From assembly GCF_009914755.1 (NCBI RefSeq), contig NC_060930.1: 64,000 nt of DNA; one strand, given 5' to 3'. How positions within the stretch are numbered: position 1 is the stretch's first letter; every line of letters starts with the position of its first letter. The notes beneath the pieces are model-generated. The model worked only from the letters and a program-made list of their open reading frames with translations, was not told the origin of the DNA and did no database searches. The stretch comes from the human T2T-CHM13v2.0 reference genome, Homo sapiens. This document shows positions 29,826-43,269 of the stretch, piece by piece. The position numbers and the translations under genes were made by a program.

Positions 29826-32800
29826 AAGTTCAACTTTCATTTTAGATGCAGAGGCTACATGTGTACGTTTTTACACAGATATGCTGTGTTATGATGAGAT
29901 TTGGGATACAAATGATCCCCTCACTCAGGCAGTGAGCATAATACCCAACAGTTAGTATTTCAACCCTTACTCCCATCACTCCTTTCCCTCTCTAGTGGTA
30001 TGTATTACAGTAATGTCTACTGTTGCCATTTTTATGTCCATGAGTGCCCAGTAGTTATCTCCCACTTATAAGTGAAAATATGCAGTATTTGATGTTCTGT
30101 TCCTTCATTAATTTACGTAGAATAATGGCCTCCTGCTGCATCCATGTTGTTGCAAATGACATTATTCTATGATTTTTATGGCTGGGTAGTATTCCATGGT
30201 ATATATGTACCATATATTCTTCATCCAATCCACCGCTGATGAACATTTGGGTTGATTCCATGTCTTTGCTACTGTGAATAGAGCCTCAAAGAACATATGA
30301 GTTGATGTGTCATTTTGGTAGAATAATTTATATTTTTTGGATATATGCCCAGTAACAGGACTGCTGAGTCAAATGATAGTTATGTTGTAAGATTTTTGAG
30401 AAATCTCCAAACCATTTTCCACAGAGGCTGAACTAATTTATATTCCATCGAAGAGTATATAAGCATTCCCTGTCTCCATAGTCTCTCCAGAGTCTGTTTT
30501 TTTTGTTTGTTTGTTTGTTTGTTTGTTTGTTTTTTTTGGCACTTTAGAAAGAGCTATTCTGTCTCTTGTGAGATGCTATCTCATTGTGGTTTTGATTTGC
30601 GTTTCTCTGATTGTTGATGTGGAGTATTGGTTTGTTGGCCATTTTTGTGTCTTCTTTTAAGAGGTGTGTCTGTTTACGTCTTTTGTCCATGCTATTTTAA
30701 CTTTTATTTTAGGTTCAGAGGTACATGTGAAAGTTTGTTATATAGGTAAACTCATGTCATGGGGGTTTGTTGTACACATTATTTCATCACCCAGGTATCA
30801 AACCCAGTACCCAATAGTTATCTTGTCTACTCCTCTCTCTCCTCTTGCCCCCTACCCTCAACTAGATCCCAGTGTCTGTTGTTTCTTTCTTTGTGTTCAC
30901 AAGTTTTCATCATTTAGCTCCCACTTATAGTTGATAACATGTGGTATTTGGTTTTCTGTTCCTGCATTAGATTGCTGAGGATACTAGCCTCCAGCTACAT
31001 CCATGTTCCCACAAAAGACATGATCCCATTCTTTTTAATGACTGCACAGTATTCCATGGTGTATATGTACCACATTTTTTAAATGCAACCTATCGTTGAT
31101 GGACATTTAGGTTGATTCCATGTCTTTGCTATTGTAAATAGTGCTGCAATGAACATTTGTGTGCATATGTCTTTATGGTAGAATGATTTATATTCCTCTG
31201 GGTATATGCCCAGTAATGAGTTTGCTGGGTGGAATAGTACTTTTGCTTTCAGCTCTTTGAGGAATTACCATACTGTTTTCCATAATGGTTGAACTAATTT
31301 ACATTTCACCCAACAATATATAAGTGCTCTCTTTTCTGTGTGACCTCTCCAGCATCTGTGATTTTTTGACTTTTTAATAATAGCTATTCTGACTTGTGTG
31401 AAATGGTATCTCATTGTGGTTTCGATTTGCATTTCTCTAATGATCAGTGATGTTGAACTTTTCTTCATATGCTTGTTGGTTGCATGTTTGTCTCTTTTTC
31501 AAAAGCCTTCATGTCCTTTGTCCATTTTTAAGGGGTTGTTTCTCTTGTAAATTTGTTTATGTTTCTTACAGATGCTGGATATTAGACCTTTGTCAGATGT
31601 ATAGTTTGCAAATATTTTCTCCCATTGTACAGGTTGTCTGTTTGTTGATAATTTCTTTTGCTATGCAGAAGGTATTAAGTTTATTAGATATCACTTGTCT
31701 GTTTTTATTTTGTTGCTATTGCTTTTGGTATATTTTTCATGAAATCTTTCCTCATTCCTTTGTCCAAGATGGTATTGCCTTTGTTGTCACCCAGGGTTTT
31801 TATAGTTTGGGGATTTACATTTAATTTTTTAATACATATTGTTCAAAATAGTATTGAAAGTCCTAGCCAGAGTAATCCGGCAAGAGAAAGAAATAAAGGG
31901 CATCCAAATAGAAAGAGAGGAGGTCAAACTATCTCTGTTTTCAGATAATGTAATTCTATATCTAGAAAACTCCATAGTCTTGGCCCAAAGCTCCTTTAGC
32001 TGATAAACAACTTCAGCAAAGTTTCAGGATAAAAAAAATCAGCATACAAAAACCACTAGCATTCCTATACACCATCAACAGCAAAGCTGAGAGCCAAATC
32101 AGAAAAGCAATCCCATTCACAATTTCCACGAAAACAATGAAATATCTAGGAATACAGATAACAAGGGAGGTGAAAGATCTCTACAAGGAAAATTGCAAAA
32201 CACTGCTCAGAAATCAGAGAAGACACAAATTGAAAAACATTCCATGCTCATGGATAGGAAGAATCAATATCATTAAAATATTCATACTGCCCAAAGCAAT
32301 TTAGAGATTCAGTGTTCTTTCTATTAAACTATCAAGTGCATTCACAGAAGTAGAAAAAATGCTATTTTAAAATTCATATGGAATCAAAAAAGAGCCCAAA
32401 TAACCAAGGCAATCCTAAGCATAAAGAACAGAGCTGGAGGCATCATGCTACCTGACCTCAAACTATATTACAGGGCTACAATAACCAAAACAGTATGGTA
32501 CTGGTACAAAAACGGGCACATAGAGCAATGGAACAGAATAAAGGGCCCCAGATAAGGCTGCACACCTATGACCATCTGATCTTCCACAAAGCTGACAAAA
32601 GCAAGTAATGAGTAAAATATGTAATTTAATAATTGATGCTAAGATAACTGGCTAGCCATATGCAAAAGACTGAAGCTGGACACCTTCCTTATACCATTTT
32701 TAATAGGGTTATTATTGTTATTATTTTGTTGTTGAATTAAGTTTCTGACAGATTCTAGATTATAGACCCATGTCAAATGCATAGTTTGTGAATGTGTTCT

Positions 32801-33665
32801 CCCATTCTGTAGGTTTTCTGTTTATTCTGTTGATTTCTTTTTCTGTGTAGAAACTCCTTAGTTTAATTATGTCACATCTTATTCTTTAATGCAGCTTGAG
32901 TTAATTTTTGTTTAAATTTTGTTTTGGCTCTTTTTTGGTTCCATATGATAAAAAGCAGGAGTCCAGTTTCATTCTGCATATGGCTATACAGCTATTCAAG
33001 CACCATTAATTATTGAATAGGGAGTCATTTTTGTTGCTTATTTTTGTCGATTTTGTATGGATTTTTTTTCTAGGTTCTGTATTCTGTTTCATTAGTCTAT
33101 GTGTCTGCTTTTGTATCAATGTCATGCAGTTTTGGTTACTGTAGCCTTATAGTATAGTTTGCAGTCAAGTAATGTGATGCTTTGGCTATGTTCTCTTCAC
33201 TCAGAATTGCTTTGGTTATTCAGGTTCTTTTTGAGTTCATATGAATCTTAGAATAGTTTTTTTTTTCTAATTCTGTGAAAAATAACATTGGTAGTTTGAT
33301 AGGAAATAGCATTGAATTAGTAGATTGCTTTGAGCAGTATAGCCATTTTAACAATATTGATTCCTCCAATCCATGAGCATGGAATATTTTTTCTTTTGTA
33401 TGTGTTATCTATGATTTTTTTCAGCAGTGTTTTGTAGTTCTTTTTACAGAGATTTTTCACCTCTTTTATTAGATACATTTCTACATACTTTATGTTTTGT
33501 GGCTACTGCAAATAAGGGTGCATTCTTGATTTGCTCCTCAGTTTGAATGTTTTTGGTGCATAGAAATTCTACTCATTTTGTACATCAATTTTGTATCCCA
33601 AAAGTTTACTGAAGTCATTCATCTGTTCCAGGAGCATTTGGTGGAGTCTTTCAAGTTTTCTATTC
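29826..33665 (-). mobile_element. L1PA15/16-like truncated L1, interrupted at ~30694-32696 by a younger L1
   Basis: Characteristic antisense 3'UTR (aatgatcccctcactcaggcagtgagcataataccc); sequence resumes colinearly after 32696. Confidence 0.85.
30694..32696 (-). mobile_element. L1PA13-like insertion with 5' inversion (30694-31837 minus; 31838-32696 plus)
   Basis: Second L1 3'UTR; orientation flips at ~31838; the two pieces are adjacent in ORF2 (LDxFLxP / WIKDLNV region). Confidence 0.85.
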
Positions 33666-34188
33666 ATGCATGTGTGTGTGTGCGTGTGTGCATGCACAGA
33701 ACAATAAAATGGAAAAATGAATATGTAGAATCCACATTTTTAAAAACTATACATTTTTAACTAGGTTATTTTAAAAGCTATACCAAAGTTTATTAATAAC
33801 CACACAACTAATTATCTCTAAATTATTTTAAGATAAATAGACTATTGACATTTGGGGCTTACTTTAAGTCTTTCCCCTAAGCACTCTGAGTATTCCTATA
33901 TTCCTTGATCTTTTAAAAATTTTTCTCTCTTTTTAATATATACGCTTACGGCAGTGGTGCTCTAATTCTAACCACTTTGTTAGTTGTTTTCCTGGCAATT
34001 TATACATTATATTCACCAATATCTTGGGTTACTAAACATTATCCTGAAACATAAGTTTATTGTCAATTCAGAATAATGCTATTCTATGAGTTTATTTAAT
34101 CAATATTTTGTCATTGATCAAATACAATCTGGACTTTTAAACATTATGTTAAAAATGTTTCCAATGATTTTTATATGTCTTTTCTATG

Positions 34189-35933
34189 ATACTTAGTAAT
34201 ATATCTAACCAAGGAAGTGAAAGCTCTCTACAACAAGAACTACAAAACATATAGTTTTGGAAGTTCTTGGAACTTCCAAATTTCCATCTGGAAAAAATCA
34301 TAGATGACATAAATAAATGAAAGAAAATATTCAATGCTCATGGATTGAAGTAATCAATATCATTAAATGGCCATACTGCCCAGCAATCAACAGATTCAAT
34401 GCTATTTCTTTCACACTACCAGTTTTCATAGAATTCATTTATCACAGAATTAGCAAAACTATTCTAAAATTCATATGAAACATAAAAGACCCCAAATAGT
34501 CAAAGCAATTCTAAGCAAAAATAACAAAGCTGAAAGCATAACATTGCCACAAGCAGATCGATAGTACAGAATAGAGAACCCAGAAATACAACTGCACATT
34601 TACAATCATTTGATCTTTGACAAAGTCAACAAAACTAAGCAATGTGAAAGGACTCCCTATTCAATAAGTGGTGCTGGGGTAGCTGGCTATTCATATGCAG
34701 AAGAATGAAACTGGACTCTGACTTTTCACCATATACAAAAATTAACCCAAGAGGGATCAAAGATTTAAATGTAAGACCTCAAACTATAAAAATACTGGAA
34801 GAAAACCTAGGAATATCATTCTGTACATCAGCCTTGACAAATAACTTATGGCTAAGACCTCAAAAGCAATTGCAACTAAAACAAAAATTGACAAGTGGGA
34901 CCTAATTGAAGAGTCTCTGCACAGCAAAATAAATTATTAATACCAACAGATTACACAGACAGCATGCAGAATGGAAGAAAATATTTTCAAACTATGTATT
35001 TGACAAAGGTCTACTATTCAGAATATCTGAGGAACTTAAACAATTCAAGAAGCAACAACAACAACAAAAAACATTAAAAAGTAGACAAAAGACCTTAACG
35101 AACATTTCTCAAATGAAGACATACAAGTGGTCAACAAACATATAAAAAAAAGCTCCACATCACTAATCATTGGATAAATGAAAATCAAAACCACAATGAG
35201 ATACCATCTCACACCAGTCAGAATGGTTATTATTGAAAAGTCAAAAAATAACAGATCCTGGTAAGGTTGCAGAGAAAGGGGAAGATTATACAGTGTTGGT
35301 GAGAATGTAAATTAGTTCAGCCACTGTGAAAAGCAGTTTGGAGATTTCTCAAGGAATTTAAAGCAGAACTACCAAATGACCCAGCAATCCCATTACTGGG
35401 CATATACTCAAAGGAAAATAAATCACTATACTTTATTTATATACTAGATGTGTACTCGTATGTTTATTATAGCACTATTCACAATAGCAAAGGGATGGAA
35501 TCAACCTATATGCCTATCGACAGTGAGTTGAATAAAGAAAATATAGTACACATACACCATGGAATACTACACAGCCATAGAAAAGAATAAAATCATGTTT
35601 TTGCAGCAACATGGATGTAGCTAGAGCTCATTATTTTAAGTGAACTAACACAGGAACCAAAAACCAAATACCACATATTCTCATTTATAAGTGGGAGCTA
35701 AGTATTCAGTACACATGGATATGAAGATGGCAATAATAAACACTGGGGACTCTAATAGGGGAAGGTAGGGAGAAGAGTAAGGGTTAAAAACTACCTATTG
35801 GGTACTATGTTCACCACCTGTGTGATGGAATCATTCATACCCCAAACCTCAGGATCATGTGATATACTCATGTCACAAACCTACACATGTACCCCCTGAA
35901 TCTAAAATAAAAGCTAAAATTATATATTAAAAA
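34189..35933 (+). mobile_element. L1PA15/16-like truncated L1
   Basis: ORF2 C-terminal remnants and a 3'UTR ending cacatgtaccccctgaatctaaaataaaag. Confidence 0.9.
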
Positions 35934-35948
35934 GTAATATTAAGAGCC

Positions 35949-36334
35949 TGGTACAATTTAAATGTGTATGCCACATTTCCTGTGTTGGAAACTTAATTTG
36001 AAAATGCATATGTTGATGGTATTTGGAAGTGGGACCTTGTGAAAGTAGGAACTTTGGAAGATAATTCTGGATTAGATAAGGTCATCAGTGTGTGGTTCAC
36101 ATGATGGGACTAGTGGCTTTAGAAGAAAAGAAAGAGAGACCTGAGGTGGCATGCTCTTGCCCTTTTGCCATGTGATGTTCTCCACCATGTTACGATTCAA
36201 CAAGAAAGCCTTCACCAGATGTGGCCCTTGACTTAGGACTTCTCAGCTTCCAGAACTGTAAGATATAAATTTCTTTTCCTTATAAATTACCCTGCCTGTG
36301 GTATTCTGTTATAGCAACAAAGATTAACTAAGAT
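35949..36334 (+). mobile_element. MSTD/MLT1A-like MaLR solo LTR
   Basis: gccatgtgatg...ccagaactgtaagatataaattt...gtattctgttatagcaaca. Confidence 0.8.
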
Positions 36335-37381
36335 TTAAAAAAAAAAACCAAACTCCAAATACTTTTAAATCTTGAATGGATTAATTAAAAAATTTTGTTT
36401 CAAACCTAAAATTTCTGCATTTCATGTAGACAAAGATTTTCAAAGATTTAAGCAGCCTGAGTGATATTTAAACATAGATATTCAAACTATTTTGTTAATA
36501 TTATGTATTCTCTCCAATTATGGTCCCTTCATATGGAAATTTTCCCTTGGAAAACAATATGGATACTTTGGGTCATGTTCATTACAATAGTTTTTCATTT
36601 AGGTAGTTTAGGTATCTATAATTTGTGTTATTAAGTTGCTTAGCTAATTTGGTGTTTCTCTTTAAAGCATATTTTATAAGAAACATGATGCTCACAAATG
36701 AATATATGCTTAGGCATTACAGATATTTGCTTTTAATATAAGATATTTCTCATATAGAGTGCTATATTTTATAGTATTTTATAAACATTGCTCCTCAACC
36801 TTAAAATGTACATAGGGAGAAACAAAACCTAAGAAAACCCAACAGTAGGATTCTGTGCTTTAGAGTCTCTAAGATGTACACCAAACTAGATAAAGAGTTT
36901 AAAGTTGCCCTACTTTACCATCATTATGAAGTCTCATCATTGTTCGAATCCTAAATAGATAGCAGGCAGCCATTATGTAGCATATGGGATTGCTATGGAA
37001 GTCCATATGCCTTGTAACAGTTGGTGTTCAAATGAAAATGTGTGAAGTCAAATAAGAATGTGGCCCAGACAACAAAACCTAATTACCGTCAGCAGCATCA
37101 AACTGCAGGCTTTCTTTCAAATTACCTATATCACTTTTTATGCTGCTTTCCAGAAATTTTCTTGGTAATGTAATTTTTCTACAAAACTGTAGATTATAAT
37201 AACACATTATTCTTTGATAAAGTAAAATGTGAGATTAGAAACATAGCTTTCATTCTAATTTTATACTTCAGATAAAAGAGATAGTTTCCTCTTGTCGAAA
37301 AACCACCCCAAAGCAACACCATATATAGAAAAACCCATAGTCATCATCCATGAGACTAGGAGATGTCTGTATACCAAAGTT

Positions 37382-37414
<33 letters not shown>

Positions 37415-37422
37415 ACACACAC
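37382..37422. repeat. (CA)n microsatellite
   Basis: Seen directly; one GA interruption. Confidence 0.95.
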
Positions 37423-38087
37423 TATTTATGTCTATGTTCATATGGATATTTATCTATATGTATCTGTGTGTACATGTAGGTGCCTGGGAGCAAACTCTAA
37501 TGGGAATTTTATGCCGAAATTTATAAAGTAAGGCTGACAAAATATTGTTTTTTAAAGTAAGTAGGCTCATCTGAAATTAAAATACAATAATCACACTTTG
37601 GAAACATACAAACATATATGCAGCCTAGCTGGGTGTATTTACTGAACCAAATTAAGTATGAATTCTTGAGAAGCAGGAAAAGTCAGCTTTTTGTTTTGTA
37701 AACAGAAAACCTTTGCCAGGACTTTTCTGATTGGAAAGAGATAAGGATAAAGAGACATTCTGCATTATGAGTAGTCTTTGTGAGTAATATTTGTTAAATG
37801 GAAAGACACAAATGTTAAAACAGCTCACAGTAAATAGTAGGTTACAAGAAGACATTTTATTCTGGAAGACATCCTTGTCTCTGCCCTGACATAAATATCT
37901 GGAAAATAACTTGTTCAGAAAACAATATCATGGCAATCAAATAAGAATTAGCCAAAGGACACAAGTAAATTTATCACTGCAGAGATGAATATTTTGACTG
38001 AACATACTGCCAGCGATTAAATAATAATGTGGAAACAATCTCTCCTATAAAGTAAGGAAGAAAAATGAAGATAAAAATAGTCCTGGC

Positions 38088-38090
38088 TGT

Positions 38091-38128
<38 letters not shown>
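38088..38128. repeat. Compound (TG)n(AG)n microsatellite
   Basis: Seen directly. Confidence 0.95.
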
Positions 38129-38699
38129 TAGCAAGAGAGAGATTGTGAAAAAACAGAGTTGGAAAAATACAGGCCTAAGAAGAATGAAAGCAAACCGCAG
38201 AGAGACTTGAAAACATAGTAATGACTTAAACGACAGTGTTGAAGAAACAGTAAATCGAGAGGGTAAACAAAAAATTTCAACAGTTAATAATTAAGAGATC
38301 AAACTTGGTATGCATTCATCACCCATCAATTGTTTGTGAGGGTATTTTTCTATATGAATATTGTTTCATGTTTGGGAAAATAGTAGCAAAATATTTCATT
38401 GTCCCTCATCTGCAAAAGAAACACAATTCTTCTTTCTTTGCTTGTAATCATTAGATCATTGGTTTTATCTATATTGGCATTACTTCTGCCTTCTTCAAAG
38501 ATCAGTAAGTTTTGTGAAATCACAATATATATTCTTTTATCTTGACATATTTGTAAAGTTGTATTGTAAATATAGTTTCTAATTATGGGTATAAAATTAA
38601 ATGTAATTTTAATTTGAAAAATTCAGTAAAAGCACACTAATATAGAAAACAGCTTTAAAAATTTAATAATTTTGATATAAAAGCAGTGATATCCAAGAT

Positions 38700-39850
38700 A
38701 TACAGAACAGATAATTGCCTTGAAGTAATAAAACAATGAGACAATAAAAGAGTACAATTTATCAAAATTCAAAAATATTAACTCTTGAGTTTTAAAGTTT
38801 TTATACTATCTCAAGACAATTGATATGAAATTTTCAAAATACACACATATTTTAAGGTACACTTAGGCAAAGAAGTCAGAGTATTAAAAGAAATTAACAA
38901 ATTCTGTGAGGTATGCGCATTTTTATACTAATATGTATTTATATTTTATTCGAGGAAATAAAATGTGGTTAATATTATTTAGACCCAATGTATATTTATC
39001 GAACCCAAGAAATTTACCACAGGAAATTAAACCTCATGAAATATTCATAACATTTCATCTTACTAAAATTACAAAAAATCTTAAATTATAGGCAAAAATT
39101 AAAGTTACAGATAATTCTATTTGATCATAATAAAATAATATTTAAAATTAGTTTAGGAGAAAAAATCTGAAAGTGAAAAAATCTATCGTCTGGAAATTAA
39201 ATGTGTCAATACATAAACAAACACACATTCTAAATTTCAAAATGAACTCGAAACTCAGATTGCAAAATATGTAAGGGAAAGAAGGTAGAGAAAGCACTAT
39301 AAACAGAACCTAATAGCTATAGCTAAAGGAAATCTCAGACCCTTGAATATATATAATTAACTAAGACAGAATTGAAATACATGTTAATTATCCTCCTAAA
39401 TAAATTTAAAAATGAAAGTCAAATAAATCTGTAGAAAGTAGAAGAAAAAATTAAAGTCAAAAGAATAAAGCAAATCATAAAGTGGCTAATATGAGCTTTT
39501 TCCTTGGCAGGGATTGGGTGGAGGCAAGAGAAGAATATTTAGAAGCAAAAGGGAAAGACATGAAACCTCAAACTAAGTGACAAAGTGAGCATAATCACTG
39601 TCAGAGGAGAATGTTAAGAAAACACAAAAGAGGTGAGAATGTTAAGAAAATACATAAGTAAACTATGCAATTAAATGATCTGCAAAAAAATGGACAATTT
39701 TAATAATGTATATAAATCAGCAAACAGCTATGTAGAAGAAATAGAGAAATTTACCAAAAGGTACCAGGTCAATCTATTTTTATTGTGCAATTCCACCATA
39801 ACTTTAAGAAACAGGAAATTCTAATACTATTTAAACTAAGTTGAAAGAAT
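38700..39850 (+). mobile_element. Old L1M ORF2 relic
   Basis: A-rich degenerate L1 endonuclease/linker region (aatggacaatttt, ggtaccaggtc, aactttaagaaacaggaaattc). Confidence 0.5.
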
Positions 39851-39859
39851 GATTTTTTT

Positions 39860-40590
39860 CTAAACTTTATGGGGGTTATTTATGCCATGAATCTCTTTTA
39901 TGATTTAGAGAGCGTATAAATTGTTTTAATTACAAAATAAAATTCATAAGATTACTAAAAAATCATGCCAAGGTACAAACGTATTTTTAAAGGTAATATT
40001 AAAAGTATATGTTTCTTTATTAACACATTATGAAAAAGTCTAACATATGGTTGGCTGGGCACGGTGGCTCACGCCGGTAATCCCAGCACTTTGGGATGCT
40101 GAGGCGGGCGGATCACAAGGTCAGGAAATCGAGACGATGGTGAAACCCCGTCGCTACTAAAAATACAAAAAATTAGCCGGGCGCCGTGGCGGGCGCCTAC
40201 AGTCCCAGCTACTCGGGAGGCTGAGGCAGGAGAATGGCGTGAACCCGGGAGGCGGAGCTTGCAGTGAGCGAAATCGCTCCACTGCACTCCAGCCTGGATG
40301 ACAGAGTGAGACTCCGTCTCCAAAAAAAAAAAAAAAAAAAAAATCTAACATACGGTTTAAAAATACTTATAATTTTAATGTAATAATGAGAGTCAACCAT
40401 AATTCAAAATATCCACAATATCTGTAACCACACTTGAAAATATATCCAATATATGTTAGTGAACAAGTCACATTTACTTCTAACATTACTGCAGTTCATT
40501 GCCTACATTCATAATGAAATAGTGAATTTTAGATTAGTACAAATATAGGTGTAATTCTTTCCACTGAAGTTTATTGACTTCCTCATTTTC
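39860..40590. mobile_element. MER119 (hAT-Charlie), interrupted by an AluY
   Basis: ttctttattaacacatta, caagtcaca, ttgcctacattcataat match MER119 as recalled. Confidence 0.65.
40053..40343 (+). mobile_element. AluY with a 12-bp left-arm deletion (AluYd-type)
   Basis: Y diagnostics (gaatggcgtgaacc, gagcttgcagtg), CpG-rich; gagacgatggtgaaac; TSD tctaacata(t/c)ggtt at 40039-40052 and 40344-40357. Confidence 0.95.
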
Positions 40591-40739
40591 CTGATGTAAG
40601 TTACTTCAGATCATAGAAAGAAAATAAAGCTTTTTAGCATAAGAGTTGTAGATGGCACACATATAGGTGGCACACAAGTACAGTTATAGAATATCAATTA
40701 ACGATCTAAGCATTACCTGTCATAAGGTCTATAATTAAA

Positions 40740-41010
40740 AACATGCATATATGTACTGATATGGGAAGATTGCTGTGATTTGCAGAACATTGAGTAGAAT
40801 ACGCTACCATATGTGTAAAACAATAGTGATGCAAACCCACCCATATTCATATGTATATGAATAGCTCTCAAAAGGGACATATGATGAGGAAGAAGGTAAC
40901 TGGGTGACCAGGGAGGACAAGGCTTGCGTTCACTGTTCACTATGTACCTTTCTTTCCTTTGTATGTTCTAAAATGTTCAATAATTATCTCTTTAAAATCA
41001 ACAAAACAAT
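40740..41010 (+). mobile_element. Old L1M 3' end
   Basis: tactgatatgggaagat...ttcactatgtacctttc resembles L1MC/ME 3'UTR. Confidence 0.45.
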
Positions 41011-41709
41011 TAAGAAGCAAAGCCCTAATGAAAACATAAATACTATTCTCCATTTCAATAATAGGTTGTCTAAATGAGTGGAAATTATGAAGAGAATAAT
41101 TTCGATATAAACATACCATTAAAACTGTTGGAGCATTTTCTTTGTGCCAAAATTTTAAACAGACATAATTCAGACATAAATCCCAAGCAAACTGACATAC
41201 CAGGGCATGTAAGACAGACATATTTGAAATGGATAAGTAGCCTAGGAATTATTTAAAGTCCCTATCAACTGTGTATTTGGCAGTTAGATGATAGCAGAGA
41301 GTATGGTTTAGGGATATGTAAATATCTCCACGTGTCACTTTTCTGCAAGCCTGCAGACTTCAGGTTAGTGACAGTAGTAGGCAGCTGGACTTGTTGATAG
41401 CTTTCTGACAAAAATAAAACATGGCAAGGTACATATTTTTCCTGTGTCTGCTCTGCCAAAGTCCAGAGTGTCAATGGCAGAGGAAAGATACTTTATGGCA
41501 TTGGATATTCTTCATAACCAGGAGCCTATAGGAGTCATGAATACAGCATTACAGTGAAAACCAGTGGAAGTAATAGCTCACACACATTGATTTTCTTCTG
41601 CTTAATAGAATATGAACTGTTTCAGCATGAGTTAAATTTCATTAAACATCCTTTTCTCCTTTAGCAGAAAAATATGCTAAGGAATCATTAGCCTCCTTTA
41701 CTACCTGAC

Positions 41710-42118
41710 ACAGTGGCCTAGTCTAACAGCTTTGGTTTTATATCCCAACTATGCACTATGTAGGTGTCAGCCATTTCAAAAATTACAGGAACTCTCTAAG
41801 CTTCAGTAATCTCCTCTGTAAAATAAGGGTAATTATATATATATGTCATGTTGTGTTAATGAAAATTAAATGACATAATATATATATAATCTACTTAATT
41901 TTGTAGCTGACACTTTGAGAGCTTTTGAGAAATGGCAGACATGTAGATAGAATAATACATTCTCCCCTTAGACTGGCTGATTTCGAACCCTTGCTTCACC
42001 AGTTACTACCTGCATCACCATGGTCCAGTTGGTTAACCTACCTCTTACTCAGATTACTTTTCTGGATTGAAAGGATAATAAGAGCATATTCCCCTTAGAA
42101 TTGTTAAAGTAATTGAGA
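41710..42118 (+). mobile_element. Two MIR SINE fragments (41710-41940 and 41970-42118)
   Basis: MIR core ctctctaagcttcagtaatctcctctgtaaaataaggg and a second, more diverged core. Confidence 0.6.
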
Positions 42119-42929
42119 TTACACACATTCATACAAACATAGACACACACACTCACGAGCGCACACACACACACAAACGTATGCCCAGAGTGATTAAAGC
42201 AAAATCTGACACACAGTAAATGCACACTAAATTCCATTACTTAAAATGCAATATTAAACTCTTAATATTTTCATTGTATGTAAATTTGATTCAAACCTTT
42301 GACTCTTCAGCTTAAATTTTTTTTGAGTTTTTGCCACTATTTAGGAATTTTTAAATAATTTTTCAATTATTGTTAAAATTGAAGAAAAAATAAATACATG
42401 GTACAGACAAAATATTAATGACTTGTAGGAATTGGAAATAAAATTTTTCAAAGCAATAGGTATTGCCAATATTGTGGCTCTTTTACAAAATATTTATCTG
42501 ATAAATCCAGGCAATAAAACATCCTTCCAACCTCGGGTGCACCAAAGAGAAATAAAAATGGTGTAGTCCTACATCAGTAACTTATTAGTTTTCTGTAATA
42601 CAGTTCTTTAATATATATTTTATAAACTGAAGTGTGATTATATGTAGTTTTCTTTATATTGCTGCTATTAATATAATCTTATCACACAACATTTATATTA
42701 TGATTATGGTAAAATTCCATATTATGCATAAATAAAGTACCTTGCATTTTTGTTTTTCATTATGAAGGACAATTATCTACTTTCAGAGATCCTATTTAAA
42801 GTTATCTTTCCTTATTTTAAAAATAAATAATTGCTTTGCAAAATTCCCAAAATAAGTATGACAAGAGAATAAGTTGTATTACAAACATATTATTTTTATA
42901 TTTTAAAATAACACAAAAATGAAAACCCT

Positions 42930-43229
42930 AAGCACAACAAGGCCCTCAGCTAATCTCCTGGCAGGGGTTTGGGGGTATGAAGCTGTGATTGTCCTCCAGT
43001 GTTATCCCAGATTGAGGAAGGGGGCCAGGCCTTTTAACCCTACACTTCCATGAGGAGTAAGTATTTAAACATGGGCTTTCCCTGGGTTATTTTATGTAAA
43101 CTTAAATAAGGCAGTCCCCTTTGGAAAAGGTCAATTCCTAGGGAGGGACCCAGCCAACAACACACCTGACAGCTGAGAGAATGAGTGTGCAGGCATGAAT
43201 CTGGAGGCACACAAACAACATTCACAGCA
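42930..43229 (-). mobile_element. LTR16C-like (ERVL) LTR
   Basis: cagctgagagaatgagtg...atctggaggcacac...cattcacagca is the antisense LTR16C 5' end. Confidence 0.6.
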
Positions 43230-43269
43230 TAGAATTCATTTGCTGAGCATATGGACTCTAACTGTGATC

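Noticed and set aside
39603-39654. ~27-bp imperfect tandem duplication (similar ones at 57231-57272 and 13550-13630)
   Set aside because: Ordinary slippage duplications inside old TEs; no spacers, so not an array
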